Virus record (IMG/VR): IMGVR_UViG_3300031787_011371
Location: 9,367-73,366 of that record
Direction: 5' to 3' (one strand)
DNA length: 64,000 nucleotides
Source of the DNA: a virus
Shown: positions 29,517 to 40,813 of the stretch, piece by piece
Position numbering within the stretch: the first letter of the stretch is position 1
Layout of the letters: each line of letters opens with the position of its first letter
Notes under the pieces: generated by a model
Seen by the model: the letters and a program-made list of their open reading frames with translations, nothing else
What the model was told of the DNA's origin: nothing
The model's database searches: none
Made by a program: the position numbers and the translations under genes

Positions 29517-30812
29517 TTATGGGAGTTTTGGTAAATCTTCTATGTTTATTTCATAAGATTGCAAAACTTGACAGATTTCTTCTGGGGCCTCGCATTCATA
29601 TTCTTCATTAATACAACTATCTTCATATTCTTTTTCTACAATATTATCTTCTTCTTGTTGAATTATATTTTCAGCATTACGCCTCATAGCAATAAAAACA
29701 TCTCTTACATCTCTTAAAGTTTCATTATCCTCAGCTAAAACTTCAGTCGCTTCTACGCCAAACCTTCGGTCTTCAACTGGAATTGGGATTGGAAAATCTA
29801 GACCCTCTTCTTCCATTAAAATCATTGGATATTTTTCTGAATTTATGATAAATTCTATTTTTTCATTTTTGTCAAAAAATATTTTTCCATAAATCTTTTT
29901 AATTATTTCATCAGACAATACAAAATAATTTTCTTTGGTATTTTTTATTGATAAAATAATTTCGTCTAAAGATTTATTAATATAATTTTTGAAATTATTT
30001 AATTCTTCTTCTATCTCTTTTATGTTCATTCTTTTATTTTTGTCAAACTTATATGTGTTTGTATTTGAGTATTCTTTCAAAAATATAAAAGAACTAAATT
30101 CTTTATTTTCAGAATCAAATATAGAAGTTGAATATTTTGTAGGAAAAATTGAGTTTATTGTTGGCAAATTATTAAAGTTACTTCTGTTTATTGAGTATAA
30201 ATTTTGAAGATTACTATTTTTTATTTTTTGATAAAATTCTTTATCTTCATATTTTTTAAAAAACTCATTTATATATTCCCAACGTTTAAAACTTACTGGC
30301 ATATTCGCTTTTTGATAATGCTGACATAGTGTACCAGCCCTATCAATTTCAATGTGACAAACAGTTTTGTGTTTACTATCTTTTAATGCTATTAAGGCTT
30401 TAATTTTATTTCTTAAAGAATATGACATCTCAGAAACACAATTACTCATTTGAAAAGCCTCAAATCCCAACTCCTTTTCTGTCAAGTTTATAAAATAATG
30501 CCCATCTGAAAATTTATGTAGAATCCTTGAATTTACACTACTTTCATATTCAATATTTTTTTCTGCATATTCTATTGCATCAAAAATATTATTAAATTTT
30601 TCTTTATAGCCTTTAGTTCTTTTGAATAACTCTAAAAGAATTTTTATTTTTTCTTTTGAATTATGTGAATTGATTTTAAAATTGTCTTTTTCAATCCTAT
30701 CAACGAACCAAACTAAATTATCCATTTTTACTCCGCATTCTTTACAGAATTGAATTGTTTGCAAAGACCTTCCGTTATCTATTAAGTGCTGTTCTTTTTT
30801 TGTTAATTTCAT
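29517..30812 (-). CDS. PcfJ-like domain protein with acidic tail
   Basis: LTEKELGFEAFQMSNCV...LIALKD...CHIEI...Q...AN resembles the PcfJ domain. Confidence 0.45.
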   Translation of the reverse strand: MKLTKKEQHLIDNGRSLQTIQFCKECGVKMDNLVWFVDRIEKDNFKINSHNSKEKIKILLELFKRTKGYKEKFNNIFDAIEYAEKNIEYESSVNSRILHKFSDGHYFINLTEKELGFEAFQMSNCVSEMSYSLRNKIKALIALKDSKHKTVCHIEIDRAGTLCQHYQKANMPVSFKRWEYINEFFKKYEDKEFYQKIKNSNLQNLYSINRSNFNNLPTINSIFPTKYSTSIFDSENKEFSSFIFLKEYSNTNTYKFDKNKRMNIKEIEEELNNFKNYINKSLDEIILSIKNTKENYFVLSDEIIKKIYGKIFFDKNEKIEFIINSEKYPMILMEEEGLDFPIPIPVEDRRFGVEATEVLAEDNETLRDVRDVFIAMRRNAENIIQQEEDNIVEKEYEDSCINEEYECEAPEEICQVLQSYEINIEDLPKLP

Positions 30813-30823
30813 ATTTTATAATT

Positions 30824-32488
30824 TTAAAATGTTGTATAACCAATTATTCCTTCTTTATCTTTTATAAAGTTTATGTGTTGTGATTTTGCGTTTTTGTGAA
30901 TTATAACATGAGATTGTAACCAAGAGCTTGGGCCCATATTGTATCCAACTCTTCTATGAGTTGATGTTCCTACAGATAATGCTCCATCCATTCTTCCTGG
31001 AGAATGATAATGTCCAACAACTATCTTTGTGTTTAATGTTCTCATTTGTAACAATGAACCTCTAGTTCCATTTGAGCCAATATCACCATGTTGTCCTAAC
31101 TCCCATCCTAACACTTTATAAGAATCTCTTCTGCCTAAAGTTTTAAAATTAGGAAATCTATTTGTTATTATTTCTGGGATTATGCCTTTTACATCACTTA
31201 GGCTATTTGCGTACTGTCTTAACAACATTGCTGAATACTCCATATAAAGAGGAGAATTTTTTGGTGTGGGCTGTTTTTTCCAATCTTCATTTTTTACCCA
31301 CCTATCTAAAAAGTCATCGTGATTACTTCTGACTATTACTACATTTTTATAATTTTCAAATTCAGAAAGACCTTCAAGCATTTCATCAACCTCTTTTTTC
31401 AAACAATTCATATTGTTTACCTCTTTCGCATATTGCATAAAAGGGTCTTTCATTGTGTGATGAGATATTGAGTAACCATCAAAAACGTCATGCAGCACAA
31501 CGTGTTCTGGTTCTAGCTTTGTTAATAATTCATGTGTTTTACTGATTACTTCTGGGTCATGATGTCCCCAATGTAAATCTCCCAAAACACATGCTTCAAT
31601 ATTATTTAAATTATTAATTTTACAATCACCTTTAAGTTCTAAAGGTTTATAAAATTCTTCATTTTCTGTCTCCCAAGGATATTCATCTTCTCCTATAAAA
31701 TTTACTTCATTATATAAATCACAAAAATCACCATTATCCTCTGCAGAAACTTGTCTGACATAAAAAGTTTCTTCATCTTTTATTTCAACTACAGCAAATC
31801 CTAAAACGTGATGAAATTCTCCTTTTTTACCAGCTTTAGAATCTGTATAATTTTTGACAGTACAAGCTCCAGTTGTTAACATCATTTTTGGTTTATCACC
31901 TTCTAATACTGGTATCATTTGTAGTTGCATTTTAGGTGAGCCAAAAATACAAGAATTTACACCTGACATAGAATGCATTCCAGTCATAGGATTAACTGCT
32001 GTTGGATGTATTTTAACGTCAGACATAATAGAAACAAACTTATGAATATCATGTCTATTTGCATCCAAATAAGGAGTAACTATTACAGACCATCTTTCTT
32101 CAGCTTGTTGGTCTATAGTCCAAATTGATGTTGGATTTTTATATCTTCCAGCTATAACGTGTATATCTGCATCAATATGCTTTGCGTATTGTGTTAAATT
32201 ATAAAAGAATTTTCTATGTACTGGAGTATTGTTTTGAGCCCAAGTTATAATGAATCTTTTTTTATTTTCATTAAAAACTCTCTTTTTAGCTTCTTCGTAT
32301 TGTTGTGGTATTTGCTCTTCTTTTTCGCTCAATTCCAATTTTTCAGAAGCCCACTTTCTAACGGTTCTTTCTGATTTGTTGGTTAATTTCATTAAGAGCT
32401 TCATTCTTTCGTCCCAAGAAATTTTTTTGTTTTTATAAATTTGAACAAACTTTTTCTTGTCTTTATCTGACATCTCTTTAAACTTCAT
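30824..32488 (-). CDS. N-terminal HTH + metallophosphoesterase-like protein, phage T5 A1-like
   Basis: KSERTVRKW (HTH), ITWAQNNTPVH, TTGA.T..NY...KAGKKGEFHH, GDLHWG, HDVFDG, SNHD, HGD, GHYHSP. Confidence 0.6.
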   Translation of the reverse strand: MKFKEMSDKDKKKFVQIYKNKKISWDERMKLLMKLTNKSERTVRKWASEKLELSEKEEQIPQQYEEAKKRVFNENKKRFIITWAQNNTPVHRKFFYNLTQYAKHIDADIHVIAGRYKNPTSIWTIDQQAEERWSVIVTPYLDANRHDIHKFVSIMSDVKIHPTAVNPMTGMHSMSGVNSCIFGSPKMQLQMIPVLEGDKPKMMLTTGACTVKNYTDSKAGKKGEFHHVLGFAVVEIKDEETFYVRQVSAEDNGDFCDLYNEVNFIGEDEYPWETENEEFYKPLELKGDCKINNLNNIEACVLGDLHWGHHDPEVISKTHELLTKLEPEHVVLHDVFDGYSISHHTMKDPFMQYAKEVNNMNCLKKEVDEMLEGLSEFENYKNVVIVRSNHDDFLDRWVKNEDWKKQPTPKNSPLYMEYSAMLLRQYANSLSDVKGIIPEIITNRFPNFKTLGRRDSYKVLGWELGQHGDIGSNGTRGSLLQMRTLNTKIVVGHYHSPGRMDGALSVGTSTHRRVGYNMGPSSWLQSHVIIHKNAKSQHINFIKDKEGIIGYTTF

Positions 32489-32563
32489 AAATTTAAAAAT
32501 ATAAATTATTTATGAGCAAATAAAGGTAAAAAGATTTATAAAAACAAGATTTTTTAGATAAAA

Positions 32564-33571
32564 TTATTTTAATGAAGATAAAATTGAATTTACACTATCA
32601 ATAATTGTTCTTTTTGGAGACCAACTCATAACGTCTTTTGCTTTTGATATATCTCCATATATTTTTTGTATATCACCTTCTCTTCTTGGGTAAAACTTAT
32701 AAGGAACTTCGACTCCCAAATCTTTAAAGGCATTAATTATTTCTAGAACAGAATAACCATTTCCAGAACCAACATTAACTACTTGATAATTATTATTTTC
32801 AACTATTGACAAAGCTGAAGTATGAGCGTCAGCCAAATCCATTATGTCTATATAGTCCCTTATTGCTGTTCCATCTGGAGTATCATAATCATTTCCAAAA
32901 ACTCTTAAATGCTCAAATTCTCCTTTTATTGTTTTTAGTATATAAGGCATTAAATTTTCTGGTACTCCTTTTGGTTCATCAGACAACAGTCCACTTTCAT
33001 GTGAACCTATCGGATTAAAATATCTAAGAGAAACCACATTTATACCATCAACTTTTGATGTATTATTTAAAATGTTTTCACAAATTTGTTTAGTTTCACC
33101 ATAAGGAGATTCTGCTTTTTTTGTTGGCATCAATTCATTTACTGGATAACTATTTGGCTCTCCATATACAGTACAAGAAGATGAAAATATAATGTTTTTA
33201 ACTCCAAATTGTTTCATGAATTTCAATAATGAAATTGTATTATTTACATTATTGTCATAATATTTTAATGGATTTTTTACTGATTCATTAACAGATTTAT
33301 GTGCTGCGAAATGAATTACTGCATATATAGGATAGTTTTTCATTATATATGCAACATTATTTTTATCACTTTCGTCTGTTATGTCTCCATAAAAATAAGT
33401 TACTTTTTGACCAGTTATTTTTTCTATGTCTTTAAGTCTACTATAAATACCATTAGAAAGATTGTCTATAATTATAGGTTTATAACCATTTTTAATAAGA
33501 CTAACAATCGTATTGCTTCCTATATAACCAAGACCACCAGTTACTAAAATGTTTTTTACTTTACTATCCAT
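32564..33571 (-). CDS. galE: UDP-glucose 4-epimerase
   Basis: ILVTGGLGYIGS, VIHFAAHKSVNES..NPLKYY.NNV, FSSSCTVYG, YGETK, LRYFNPIGSH, DGTAIRDYI. Confidence 0.93.
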   Translation of the reverse strand: MDSKVKNILVTGGLGYIGSNTIVSLIKNGYKPIIIDNLSNGIYSRLKDIEKITGQKVTYFYGDITDESDKNNVAYIMKNYPIYAVIHFAAHKSVNESVKNPLKYYDNNVNNTISLLKFMKQFGVKNIIFSSSCTVYGEPNSYPVNELMPTKKAESPYGETKQICENILNNTSKVDGINVVSLRYFNPIGSHESGLLSDEPKGVPENLMPYILKTIKGEFEHLRVFGNDYDTPDGTAIRDYIDIMDLADAHTSALSIVENNNYQVVNVGSGNGYSVLEIINAFKDLGVEVPYKFYPRREGDIQKIYGDISKAKDVMSWSPKRTIIDSVNSILSSLK

Positions 33572-33591
33572 TTGTGTAATGTGTGATTTTT

Positions 33592-34080
33592 TTAATCTAA
33601 AACTTCACCATATTCAATTCTTTCTAAATGGTTTAATTCATCTTCCAGATTATCTAATACCATACAAATTTTTTCACATCCTTTATCTAATGAACTCAAT
33701 TCGTTTATCCAACTTTCCCAATTATCACTTACAAGTTTAATAAACCCTTCTGGATTACCTCTTTCTTTGTATCTTTTAATGAATTCTTCTTTTCTGCCTT
33801 TGTCTGGGTAAACTATGTAGAAGAAAATAAAACTTTCAAGCAAAGCGTCTCTAACCTCTTTGTGTGATGAAACAAATATGTATTTATATTTTCCAATATT
33901 TGATTTTATATGTTCTATATAATTTTTAGGGAACTCTGGATTTCTTTCTTTTGTGTTATTGCCAACTTCATCTTTAATCCAACTAAAATTACTTGAATCA
34001 CTATCAAGTGTATCATTTGGAAATTTTTTGTGATAAAAACTTTTTCCAGTACCTGGGAATGCTGATATAATTTTTGTCAT
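33592..34080 (-). CDS. Small P-loop NTPase/kinase-like protein
   Basis: IISAFPGTGKS Walker A, LDSDSS, RYKERG. Confidence 0.6.
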   Translation of the reverse strand: MTKIISAFPGTGKSFYHKKFPNDTLDSDSSNFSWIKDEVGNNTKERNPEFPKNYIEHIKSNIGKYKYIFVSSHKEVRDALLESFIFFYIVYPDKGRKEEFIKRYKERGNPEGFIKLVSDNWESWINELSSLDKGCEKICMVLDNLEDELNHLERIEYGEVLD

Positions 34081-34086
34081 AATATT

Positions 34087-34686
34087 TTATTTATTTTCTT
34101 TTAAAAATTCATTAATCATTTCTTCAGTTACATTAAAATTGTTTTTTCCAAATTTTTCATAATATGCTTCTTGTAAATCAATCGGTATAGCTTTACTATT
34201 CATTTTCATATTTAACAAACCTTCCTCATTTCCTTCTTCTTTTGTCATATAAAAAACCATTCCATATTTTGGTTCAGAGTCCATGTCAACATCATAGGTA
34301 TTATTGTTTTTAATTTCTCCATTTATTTCCCATGATTCGAATAAGCCTCTTACTATAACTCCTTGTTCAGAATTTTGAATAGAATATAAGTAACATCTAT
34401 CTTTAAATTTTAAACCTTCTTGTAAAAATAAAGTTAAAACCTGTAAAGGACTTCCTTCTTTATCTTCAAGTAAAGGTCTAGATACAATAAAAATTTCACA
34501 ATCCTCAAACTCTTCACATTCTTTAATTTTTGACAAATTTGTTCTAATCAAACTATGATTCATTATATTTTCTCTATAATTAAAATCAAAATTACTTGAT
34601 GAATTTAATATGTTTATTAAATTTTCCTCTTTATTTGATGGAGCTTTATATGGAGCTATTACATCTAACAATTCTTTAATTTTCAT
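34087..34686 (-). CDS. Hypothetical protein
   Basis: Full ORF in operon, no motif recognised. Confidence 0.55.
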   Translation of the reverse strand: MKIKELLDVIAPYKAPSNKEENLINILNSSSNFDFNYRENIMNHSLIRTNLSKIKECEEFEDCEIFIVSRPLLEDKEGSPLQVLTLFLQEGLKFKDRCYLYSIQNSEQGVIVRGLFESWEINGEIKNNNTYDVDMDSEPKYGMVFYMTKEEGNEEGLLNMKMNSKAIPIDLQEAYYEKFGKNNFNVTEEMINEFLKENK

Positions 34687-34693
34687 AATTTAT

Positions 34694-35638
34694 TTATTTT
34701 CTAGCTGTTTTATAATTTTCAATAAACCAATCAATAGTTTTATTTATACCATCTTCTAATGGCGTAAAAACAAATTCTTTTGGAATATCGCTTTTTGCTG
34801 GTTTTCTAAATTGGCCTTTAGGTTTTGTTATGTCATATTTTATTCTGTCTTCAGAAATATTAAATCTTCTTGCAATAATATCGACAATTTCTTTGATTGA
34901 ATGTTCAGTTTCGTTCACTGCCATAAAAGGCATATCACTTTTCCAATTATCTATTGCCCATAATATAACTTTTGCTAAATCTTCTGAATATATAAATTGT
35001 CTTAAAGGTGTTCCGTCTCCCCAAACTTCAAAATCTTTACCTGACAAACTTGCCTCATATCCTTTCCTAATTAAAGCTGGCACTAAATGACTATCTTCTA
35101 AATTAAAATTATCATTTGGACCATAAATATTAGTTGGAATAATTGAAATCCAATTGGAATCTGGAATCATCTTTCCATATATTTTAGTTTGATAACCTAG
35201 TAATCTTTTAGCATAAGAATAACCATAATTAGAATTATGAGGAGGTCCTTGGTCTATTTTATCTGCAGTTAATGGATAATCTATTTTATCTGGAAATACA
35301 CATGTAGACAATATAGAAACAAAATTTTTATATTTTGCTCTGTAAGCAACTTCTAATAAATTATTGTTAATTTCTAAATTTTCATTAAAAAACAATTCAT
35401 TATTATCCATGTTGGCTTTTACTCCACCAACTTTTGCTGCACAATGTATTATTGTGTTATATTCATTTTCTATACCATCTTCAAAACACCTCCGTACAGA
35501 ATTTATATTTAAAAGATTACAATCTCTACTTGACAAAAACTCATGACTATTATCATTATTTAGTTGTCTTTTTATTGCAGAGCCCAATAACCCACTAGCC
35601 CCTGTTACTATTACTTTTTTATTGTTTTGCACTTGCAT
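34694..35638 (-). CDS. fcl: GDP-L-fucose synthase (epimerase/reductase)
   Basis: [45 protein letters not shown]...[19 protein letters not shown]. Confidence 0.92.
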   Translation of the reverse strand: MQVQNNKKVIVTGASGLLGSAIKRQLNNDNSHEFLSSRDCNLLNINSVRRCFEDGIENEYNTIIHCAAKVGGVKANMDNNELFFNENLEINNNLLEVAYRAKYKNFVSILSTCVFPDKIDYPLTADKIDQGPPHNSNYGYSYAKRLLGYQTKIYGKMIPDSNWISIIPTNIYGPNDNFNLEDSHLVPALIRKGYEASLSGKDFEVWGDGTPLRQFIYSEDLAKVILWAIDNWKSDMPFMAVNETEHSIKEIVDIIARRFNISEDRIKYDITKPKGQFRKPAKSDIPKEFVFTPLEDGINKTIDWFIENYKTARK

Positions 35639-36692
35639 AAAATTGATATCCCTTTTTTTCTAATTTTTCTTTGTCGCTTCTAATCATTAGTGCGGCAAGC
35701 TCTTTAAAATCTATTTTTGGTTGCCAATCAAGTTTTTGTTTAGCTTTTGAATAGTCTCCTAGCAAAACTTCTACTTCTGAAGGTCTAAAATATTTTTCAT
35801 CAACCTCAACTAAAAGTTTTCCGCTTAATTTATCATAACCTTTTTCATTAATACCTTCACCCTTCCAGACTATTTCAAAACCAAGATAAGGAACAACTTC
35901 TTCTATAAATTCTCTTACTGAATGTGTTTCATTTGTTGCTAAAACAAAATCTTCTGGCTTGTCTAATTGTAACATTTTCCACATTCCTTCTACATAATCT
36001 CTTGCATGACCCCAGTCTCTTTTTGCGTCAAGATTTCCTATCTTTAAAACATCTCTTTTTCTACAAGCAACTTCAGCAAGGTTTATTGTAATTTTTCTTG
36101 TAACAAAAGTTTCTCCTCTTCTTTCAGATTCATGATTAAACAAAATTCCATTACAAGCAAATAAATTATAAGCCTCTCTATAATTTTTCACAATCCAATA
36201 ACCATAAAGTTTTGCTACTCCATACGGACTTCTTGGATGAAAAGGAGATTCTTCATTGTAACCATTTTCTGGCATGTTATAAGCCATTCCTCCATATAAT
36301 TCTGATGTGGAAGCTTGGTAAAATTTAGCATTAGGACAATGATTCCTCATTGCTTCTAAAATGGCTAACGTACCTAACGCGTCTGTTTGTGCAGTATAAT
36401 AAGGTAATTCAAATGAAACTTTTACGTGTGATTGCGCAGCCAAGCTATATATCTCATCTGGTTGTATTTTAGATATAAGATTTGATATAACAAGAGGGTC
36501 AGTTACATCACCATAATGAAAATGAAATTTTGGATGATTATCTATTAAATGGTCTATTCTTTTTGTGTTGAATGAACTAGAGCGTCTAATCATACCATGT
36601 ACATCGTACCCTTTTTCGAGAAGTAATTCTGCCAAATATGAACCGTCTTGACCGTTAACTCCAGTTATGAATGCTATTTTTGTTTTTGACAT
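35619..36692 (-). CDS. gmd: GDP-mannose 4,6-dehydratase
   Basis: [68 protein letters not shown]. Confidence 0.96.
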   Translation of the reverse strand: MSKTKIAFITGVNGQDGSYLAELLLEKGYDVHGMIRRSSSFNTKRIDHLIDNHPKFHFHYGDVTDPLVISNLISKIQPDEIYSLAAQSHVKVSFELPYYTAQTDALGTLAILEAMRNHCPNAKFYQASTSELYGGMAYNMPENGYNEESPFHPRSPYGVAKLYGYWIVKNYREAYNLFACNGILFNHESERRGETFVTRKITINLAEVACRKRDVLKIGNLDAKRDWGHARDYVEGMWKMLQLDKPEDFVLATNETHSVREFIEEVVPYLGFEIVWKGEGINEKGYDKLSGKLLVEVDEKYFRPSEVEVLLGDYSKAKQKLDWQPKIDFKELAALMIRSDKEKLEKKGYQFYASAKQ

Positions 36693-36708
36693 ATAAAATG
36701 TTTTAAAC

Positions 36709-36738
36709 CAAAAATAACTTTTATTATAAAAAAGTAAA
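36709..36738 (-). promoter_or_regulatory. Bacteroidota-type promoter upstream of gmd
   Basis: Minus strand TTTA-N18-TATTTTTG. Confidence 0.5.
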
Positions 36739-36745
36739 TATTTTA

Positions 36746-37858
36746 TTAAGAATATTTACCATGTAATTTTGCTTCTTTTAATAGTTTTGTTAATTTATCA
36801 ATTTGACTTTCCAGTGAATAGTTCAACAAATAGCGATTAAAACCTTTTAAAGATTTTTCAATATAATATTCATTGTCATTCATTAATTTTAACATTTCTT
36901 TTGAATAACTTTCTATATCATTTCTTTCAAAAACCATTCCTCCATCACCTATAACTTCTACATGCCCATTTGAATTTGCTTTATGACTTATACATGGTTT
37001 TTTGTGAAACATAGCTTCAGTAAAAACTGCACCAAAAGTTTCGCCATCACTTCTTCCGTGAGAAAAAACATCTAAAGTTTCTAAAAATGAATGTATTATT
37101 TCACTATTACCAGTATGTTCTAATTTAATGAAATTTTTTAACTGTAATTGCTTTGCTTGATTTTCGTATTTTTCTTCTCCTCCAAGCAATATAAAACAAG
37201 TGTTATCATTTTCTATTTTTTTATATGCAGACAATGGAACTTCAGAAAATAATCCTTCGGAATTTCTTTGATGAAAACCAAAAACAAATTTATTTCTAAT
37301 ATTAAGATTGTCTCTCATACAAAAAAAAGGAGGATTTGGCATTTCTTGTATAACTGGTATTATGTCTAATTTGCCTGAATCTCCACCAGAATTTACCCAA
37401 ATATTACCGCTTTCTTTTGTTATATGTATGCTTTTAAATACATTTTTTTGATTGTCAACTCCAGCATTTAATGTTAATATATTTATTATTGGAGTTCTTT
37501 TTATTAAATAAAATGGATATTCAGGATGACCAGCTCTACCAGTTATAATTACATCATAATTATCCTCATTAAAAACGTTCCAAAAATTTGTATTCACCCA
37601 ATCATGATTAGCCGTTCTTACATCTTTATATTGTACTTCAAATTTTATTAAATTAACTTTCTTATCTTCTAAATATTTTTTTCTAAAAATATCAGTATCT
37701 GGATGTTTCCAGGTTGAACCTAAATATGGAGCTGCATCACAATAATAAAAATCTACTTGAAATTCTTCTCTAGGTAAATTGGCTGCTATAGTGTGTAAAA
37801 ACCTTTCTGTTCCTCCTGCTGATAATCCTCCAAATTTTATAAATGCCACTTTAATCAT
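36746..37858 (-). CDS. GT4 glycosyltransferase
   Basis: [31 protein letters not shown]. Confidence 0.85.
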   Translation of the reverse strand: MIKVAFIKFGGLSAGGTERFLHTIAANLPREEFQVDFYYCDAAPYLGSTWKHPDTDIFRKKYLEDKKVNLIKFEVQYKDVRTANHDWVNTNFWNVFNEDNYDVIITGRAGHPEYPFYLIKRTPIINILTLNAGVDNQKNVFKSIHITKESGNIWVNSGGDSGKLDIIPVIQEMPNPPFFCMRDNLNIRNKFVFGFHQRNSEGLFSEVPLSAYKKIENDNTCFILLGGEEKYENQAKQLQLKNFIKLEHTGNSEIIHSFLETLDVFSHGRSDGETFGAVFTEAMFHKKPCISHKANSNGHVEVIGDGGMVFERNDIESYSKEMLKLMNDNEYYIEKSLKGFNRYLLNYSLESQIDKLTKLLKEAKLHGKYS

Positions 37859-37859
37859 A

Positions 37860-38711
37860 TTATATATTTTTTAAATTATTAATTTCATCAACGTGCCAAA
37901 TGTTTAAATCTCTAAAATAATCAACACCATATTTTTCAAACCAATTGTTTATTTCCTTGATTCTCCAATTGTTGTTTTTGTAAATTTCATCAATATTAGG
38001 CAATATAACATTTTCATACCATTCAGATGGTGCTTTAGTTGTTTTGCAATTTCCATCATATAAAGTTATGGAATATGTACTATTAATTTCACTTGTTGAT
38101 TTATTGGGGTTTTTAACTCTTTCTAGACAACGATACCATGACTGCTTTATTTGAAAAGCTTCCCAGCAAGAAAATTGAAAATGAAAAACTGCCCCAACAT
38201 TTGAAGGTATTTGCTTTGTTTGATTAACTATAGGCAATCTTGGCTCATGTATCCAGTTTCCAGAATAATTTATTTTACCATCATCACAAATAATAAAATC
38301 TTTATAACTATTAGACCAAGCACTATTATCGTCTCTGTATTCATAAAGACTTCTCCACATTGGAAGCCAATGCATTGTACATCTTTCTCCTGGTTTAATG
38401 CTTGATGTTATTAAATCAAAATTTTTAATTGCATTAGAAGTGAAAGATTCATCAGCATCTAAACTAACAATATGTGTTGCTGAACAATCTCTTGCCAAAT
38501 TAAAAAGATGTCCTCTTTTAGAGCTCCAGCCATCATTGTTTTCTAATTTTACAACTTCTATATTTTTATATTTTTCTAATAATTCTACAGAATTATCAGT
38601 AGAACCATCATCTAAAACAATTATTTTATCACACACTTTACTTACAGAAGAAGCAAAAGAATCTATAAATGGTGATTCATTTTTTATTGGCGTTATTCCT
38701 ATAATTTTCAT
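37860..38711 (-). CDS. GT2 glycosyltransferase
   Basis: ITPIKNE, VLDDGSTDNS, VSLDADE, IHEPRLP. Confidence 0.85.
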   Translation of the reverse strand: MKIIGITPIKNESPFIDSFASSVSKVCDKIIVLDDGSTDNSVELLEKYKNIEVVKLENNDGWSSKRGHLFNLARDCSATHIVSLDADESFTSNAIKNFDLITSSIKPGERCTMHWLPMWRSLYEYRDDNSAWSNSYKDFIICDDGKINYSGNWIHEPRLPIVNQTKQIPSNVGAVFHFQFSCWEAFQIKQSWYRCLERVKNPNKSTSEINSTYSITLYDGNCKTTKAPSEWYENVILPNIDEIYKNNNWRIKEINNWFEKYGVDYFRDLNIWHVDEINNLKNI

Positions 38712-38713
38712 AA

Positions 38714-39325
38714 TTAATTTTTTATTTTAAAGCATCCAAATCCAGATTCATGAGCCCAAGAATCCAAACTATATTTTTCTCCAATCCATTCATCAAAAAA
38801 TTTGCCTTTATCATTTATTTTTATGTCATCAACAAATAATAATGAATTGTTTTTCATTTTATTTTTATAAACATCAAATTCTTTACTTATTTGATGATAA
38901 TGATGAATTGTGTCAGAAAATAAAAAATCTATAGAATTATTTAAAAACATAGATAATACATTAGGATTAGTACAGTTATCGTATACTATATTTACTCTAT
39001 CATCTTCAAAAAATTTTTTAGGTAAAAGCCTTAAATCTTGAACAATGTCTATTGTATAAAATTTTTGTTTTGGTTTTAATGAATCGTAAATTGCCAAAGT
39101 ACTCATACCCTCTCTGTTTCCCAATTCAACAATAATGGCATCTTCTGGCAAATTTTTAATTACATTATGTATCAATGTAAAGTATCCACAAACTTTTCCT
39201 TGAGGAAAAGAAAAATTTGTTAGATATTTTTTATATTCCTCATCAATACCATAAATAAAATCAGAATTATTCCAAATGATTTCTTGATTTTTTTCTGTGT
39301 AATCTATTATTTCTTTTAAATTCAT
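38714..39325 (-). CDS. Class I SAM methyltransferase (Methyltransf_24-like)
   Basis: IVELGNREGMST, IDFLFSDT.H.Y, LFVDDI. Confidence 0.75.
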   Translation of the reverse strand: MNLKEIIDYTEKNQEIIWNNSDFIYGIDEEYKKYLTNFSFPQGKVCGYFTLIHNVIKNLPEDAIIVELGNREGMSTLAIYDSLKPKQKFYTIDIVQDLRLLPKKFFEDDRVNIVYDNCTNPNVLSMFLNNSIDFLFSDTIHHYHQISKEFDVYKNKMKNNSLLFVDDIKINDKGKFFDEWIGEKYSLDSWAHESGFGCFKIKN

Positions 39326-40002
39326 ATTTCATTTTTTGAAAGTCCATCTCTAAACATTTTTATGACTTCACTAGAACCTGGCCCCATAAAATCATTATTA
39401 ATTATATTTAATTCTAATTTATTTTCCCACATAAAATTCAAGTCTCTTATGCTTAAATCTAATTTGGCTATTGAATCAAAAAAATCATCAGCATCCAAAA
39501 AATTTAATTTTGGATAAGCAATAAACTTATTATTTTCTATTTGAAATATCCATCTATGATGAATATAGCCTCTAAAACCTTTGCCGTTTATATTAACTTC
39601 TAATCCTGTTTGTGAAAGTCTTGATAATTCTATAAATTTACTTGGTATAGCAACATATCCAGATTTTGCTATTTTGCTTATTTGTTGACAAACTAATAAT
39701 GGATTTGATAAATCCTCTAATGTATGAGTGCAAATTGCAAAATCAAATTTACCATTTTGTTTTACATAATCAATCAAATCAGACCAAGAATCATGGTCAC
39801 ATATATTAAATTGAAATTGCTTTACTCTATTGTCTTGGCATTTATTTATATCCACTATTGCATCTAATACTGGCCAAGACCATCCGTCATAAGTTCCTCC
39901 AATATCTATAATTTTAAAATTTTTATTATTTTCTTTTATAGATTTTAAATAGTTTAAAATTTCACTTCTGTCACCATTACCATATTTAACGTTACTAATC
40001 AT
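39322..40002 (-). CDS. SAM methyltransferase-like protein
   Basis: IIDIGG, FDFAICTHTLEDL.NP, GYVAIPS, GYIHHRW. Confidence 0.7.
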   Translation of the reverse strand: MISNVKYGNGDRSEILNYLKSIKENNKNFKIIDIGGTYDGWSWPVLDAIVDINKCQDNRVKQFQFNICDHDSWSDLIDYVKQNGKFDFAICTHTLEDLSNPLLVCQQISKIAKSGYVAIPSKFIELSRLSQTGLEVNINGKGFRGYIHHRWIFQIENNKFIAYPKLNFLDADDFFDSIAKLDLSIRDLNFMWENKLELNIINNDFMGPGSSEVIKMFRDGLSKNEI

Positions 40003-40009
40003 ATTAATA

Positions 40010-40813
40010 TTAATTTATAAAATTTTTAAAATTTATCTTTTCTCCAAAATTTGTAATATTTTCTATATCATAATTTAATATATCACATAAAAATTTATTA
40101 CAATCTTCTTTTTCAATCTTATCTTCAATTCCATATCTTTTATAGATGAAAGTCTTCTCTATTCCTTGTAGGTTTCCGCTTGTACTTGCACCCTTTCCTT
40201 CATCTAAGTAAAACCCAGTATTACCTTCAGAAAATTTTATTTTTCCATTGTATGCCAATCTTATCGCAAAATCAAAATCAGCACCAGACCTTAGTTGTTC
40301 ATCAAAATATCCAGCTTTATTACAAATAGATTTTCTGAACATAAAAAAAGGCCCTAAAATCATACCTCTTTTATATTCTGAATCTGGATGTATTGTATGG
40401 TCTATTTGTCTGCCAGATTTTAAGCCAAAAGAATTAACAACCTGATAATTAGAATTTACAATATCAATATCATCATTTTGTTCTAAAATTTTCATTTGAC
40501 TTTCAAGTGAATTTGGTTCTCTCAAATCATCGATATTCCATATTGTTAAATATTCACCAGAAGATTCTTTTATGCACTTATTCATTGATGTGCCAATCGG
40601 TTCTACTGGCCTTGTTATTATATGCTTTATTACTCCATCTGGATATTTGTTAATGTATTCTTTTACTAATTCAACTTCCCAATCTTCTGGGTCATTGTGG
40701 TCTAAAACCAACTCAAAATTTGGGAAAATTGTTTGATTTTCTAATTCTTCTAAAAATTTAGGAAGATATTTTCCCATTTTATAACATGGTGTTATTGTAC
40801 TTATTTTTTTCAT
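40010..40813 (-). CDS. GT2 glycosyltransferase
   Basis: STITPCY, GEYLTIWNIDDLR, GYFDEQLRSGADFDF..RL. Confidence 0.85.
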   Translation of the reverse strand: MKKISTITPCYKMGKYLPKFLEELENQTIFPNFELVLDHNDPEDWEVELVKEYINKYPDGVIKHIITRPVEPIGTSMNKCIKESSGEYLTIWNIDDLREPNSLESQMKILEQNDDIDIVNSNYQVVNSFGLKSGRQIDHTIHPDSEYKRGMILGPFFMFRKSICNKAGYFDEQLRSGADFDFAIRLAYNGKIKFSEGNTGFYLDEGKGASTSGNLQGIEKTFIYKRYGIEDKIEKEDCNKFLCDILNYDIENITNFGEKINFKNFIN

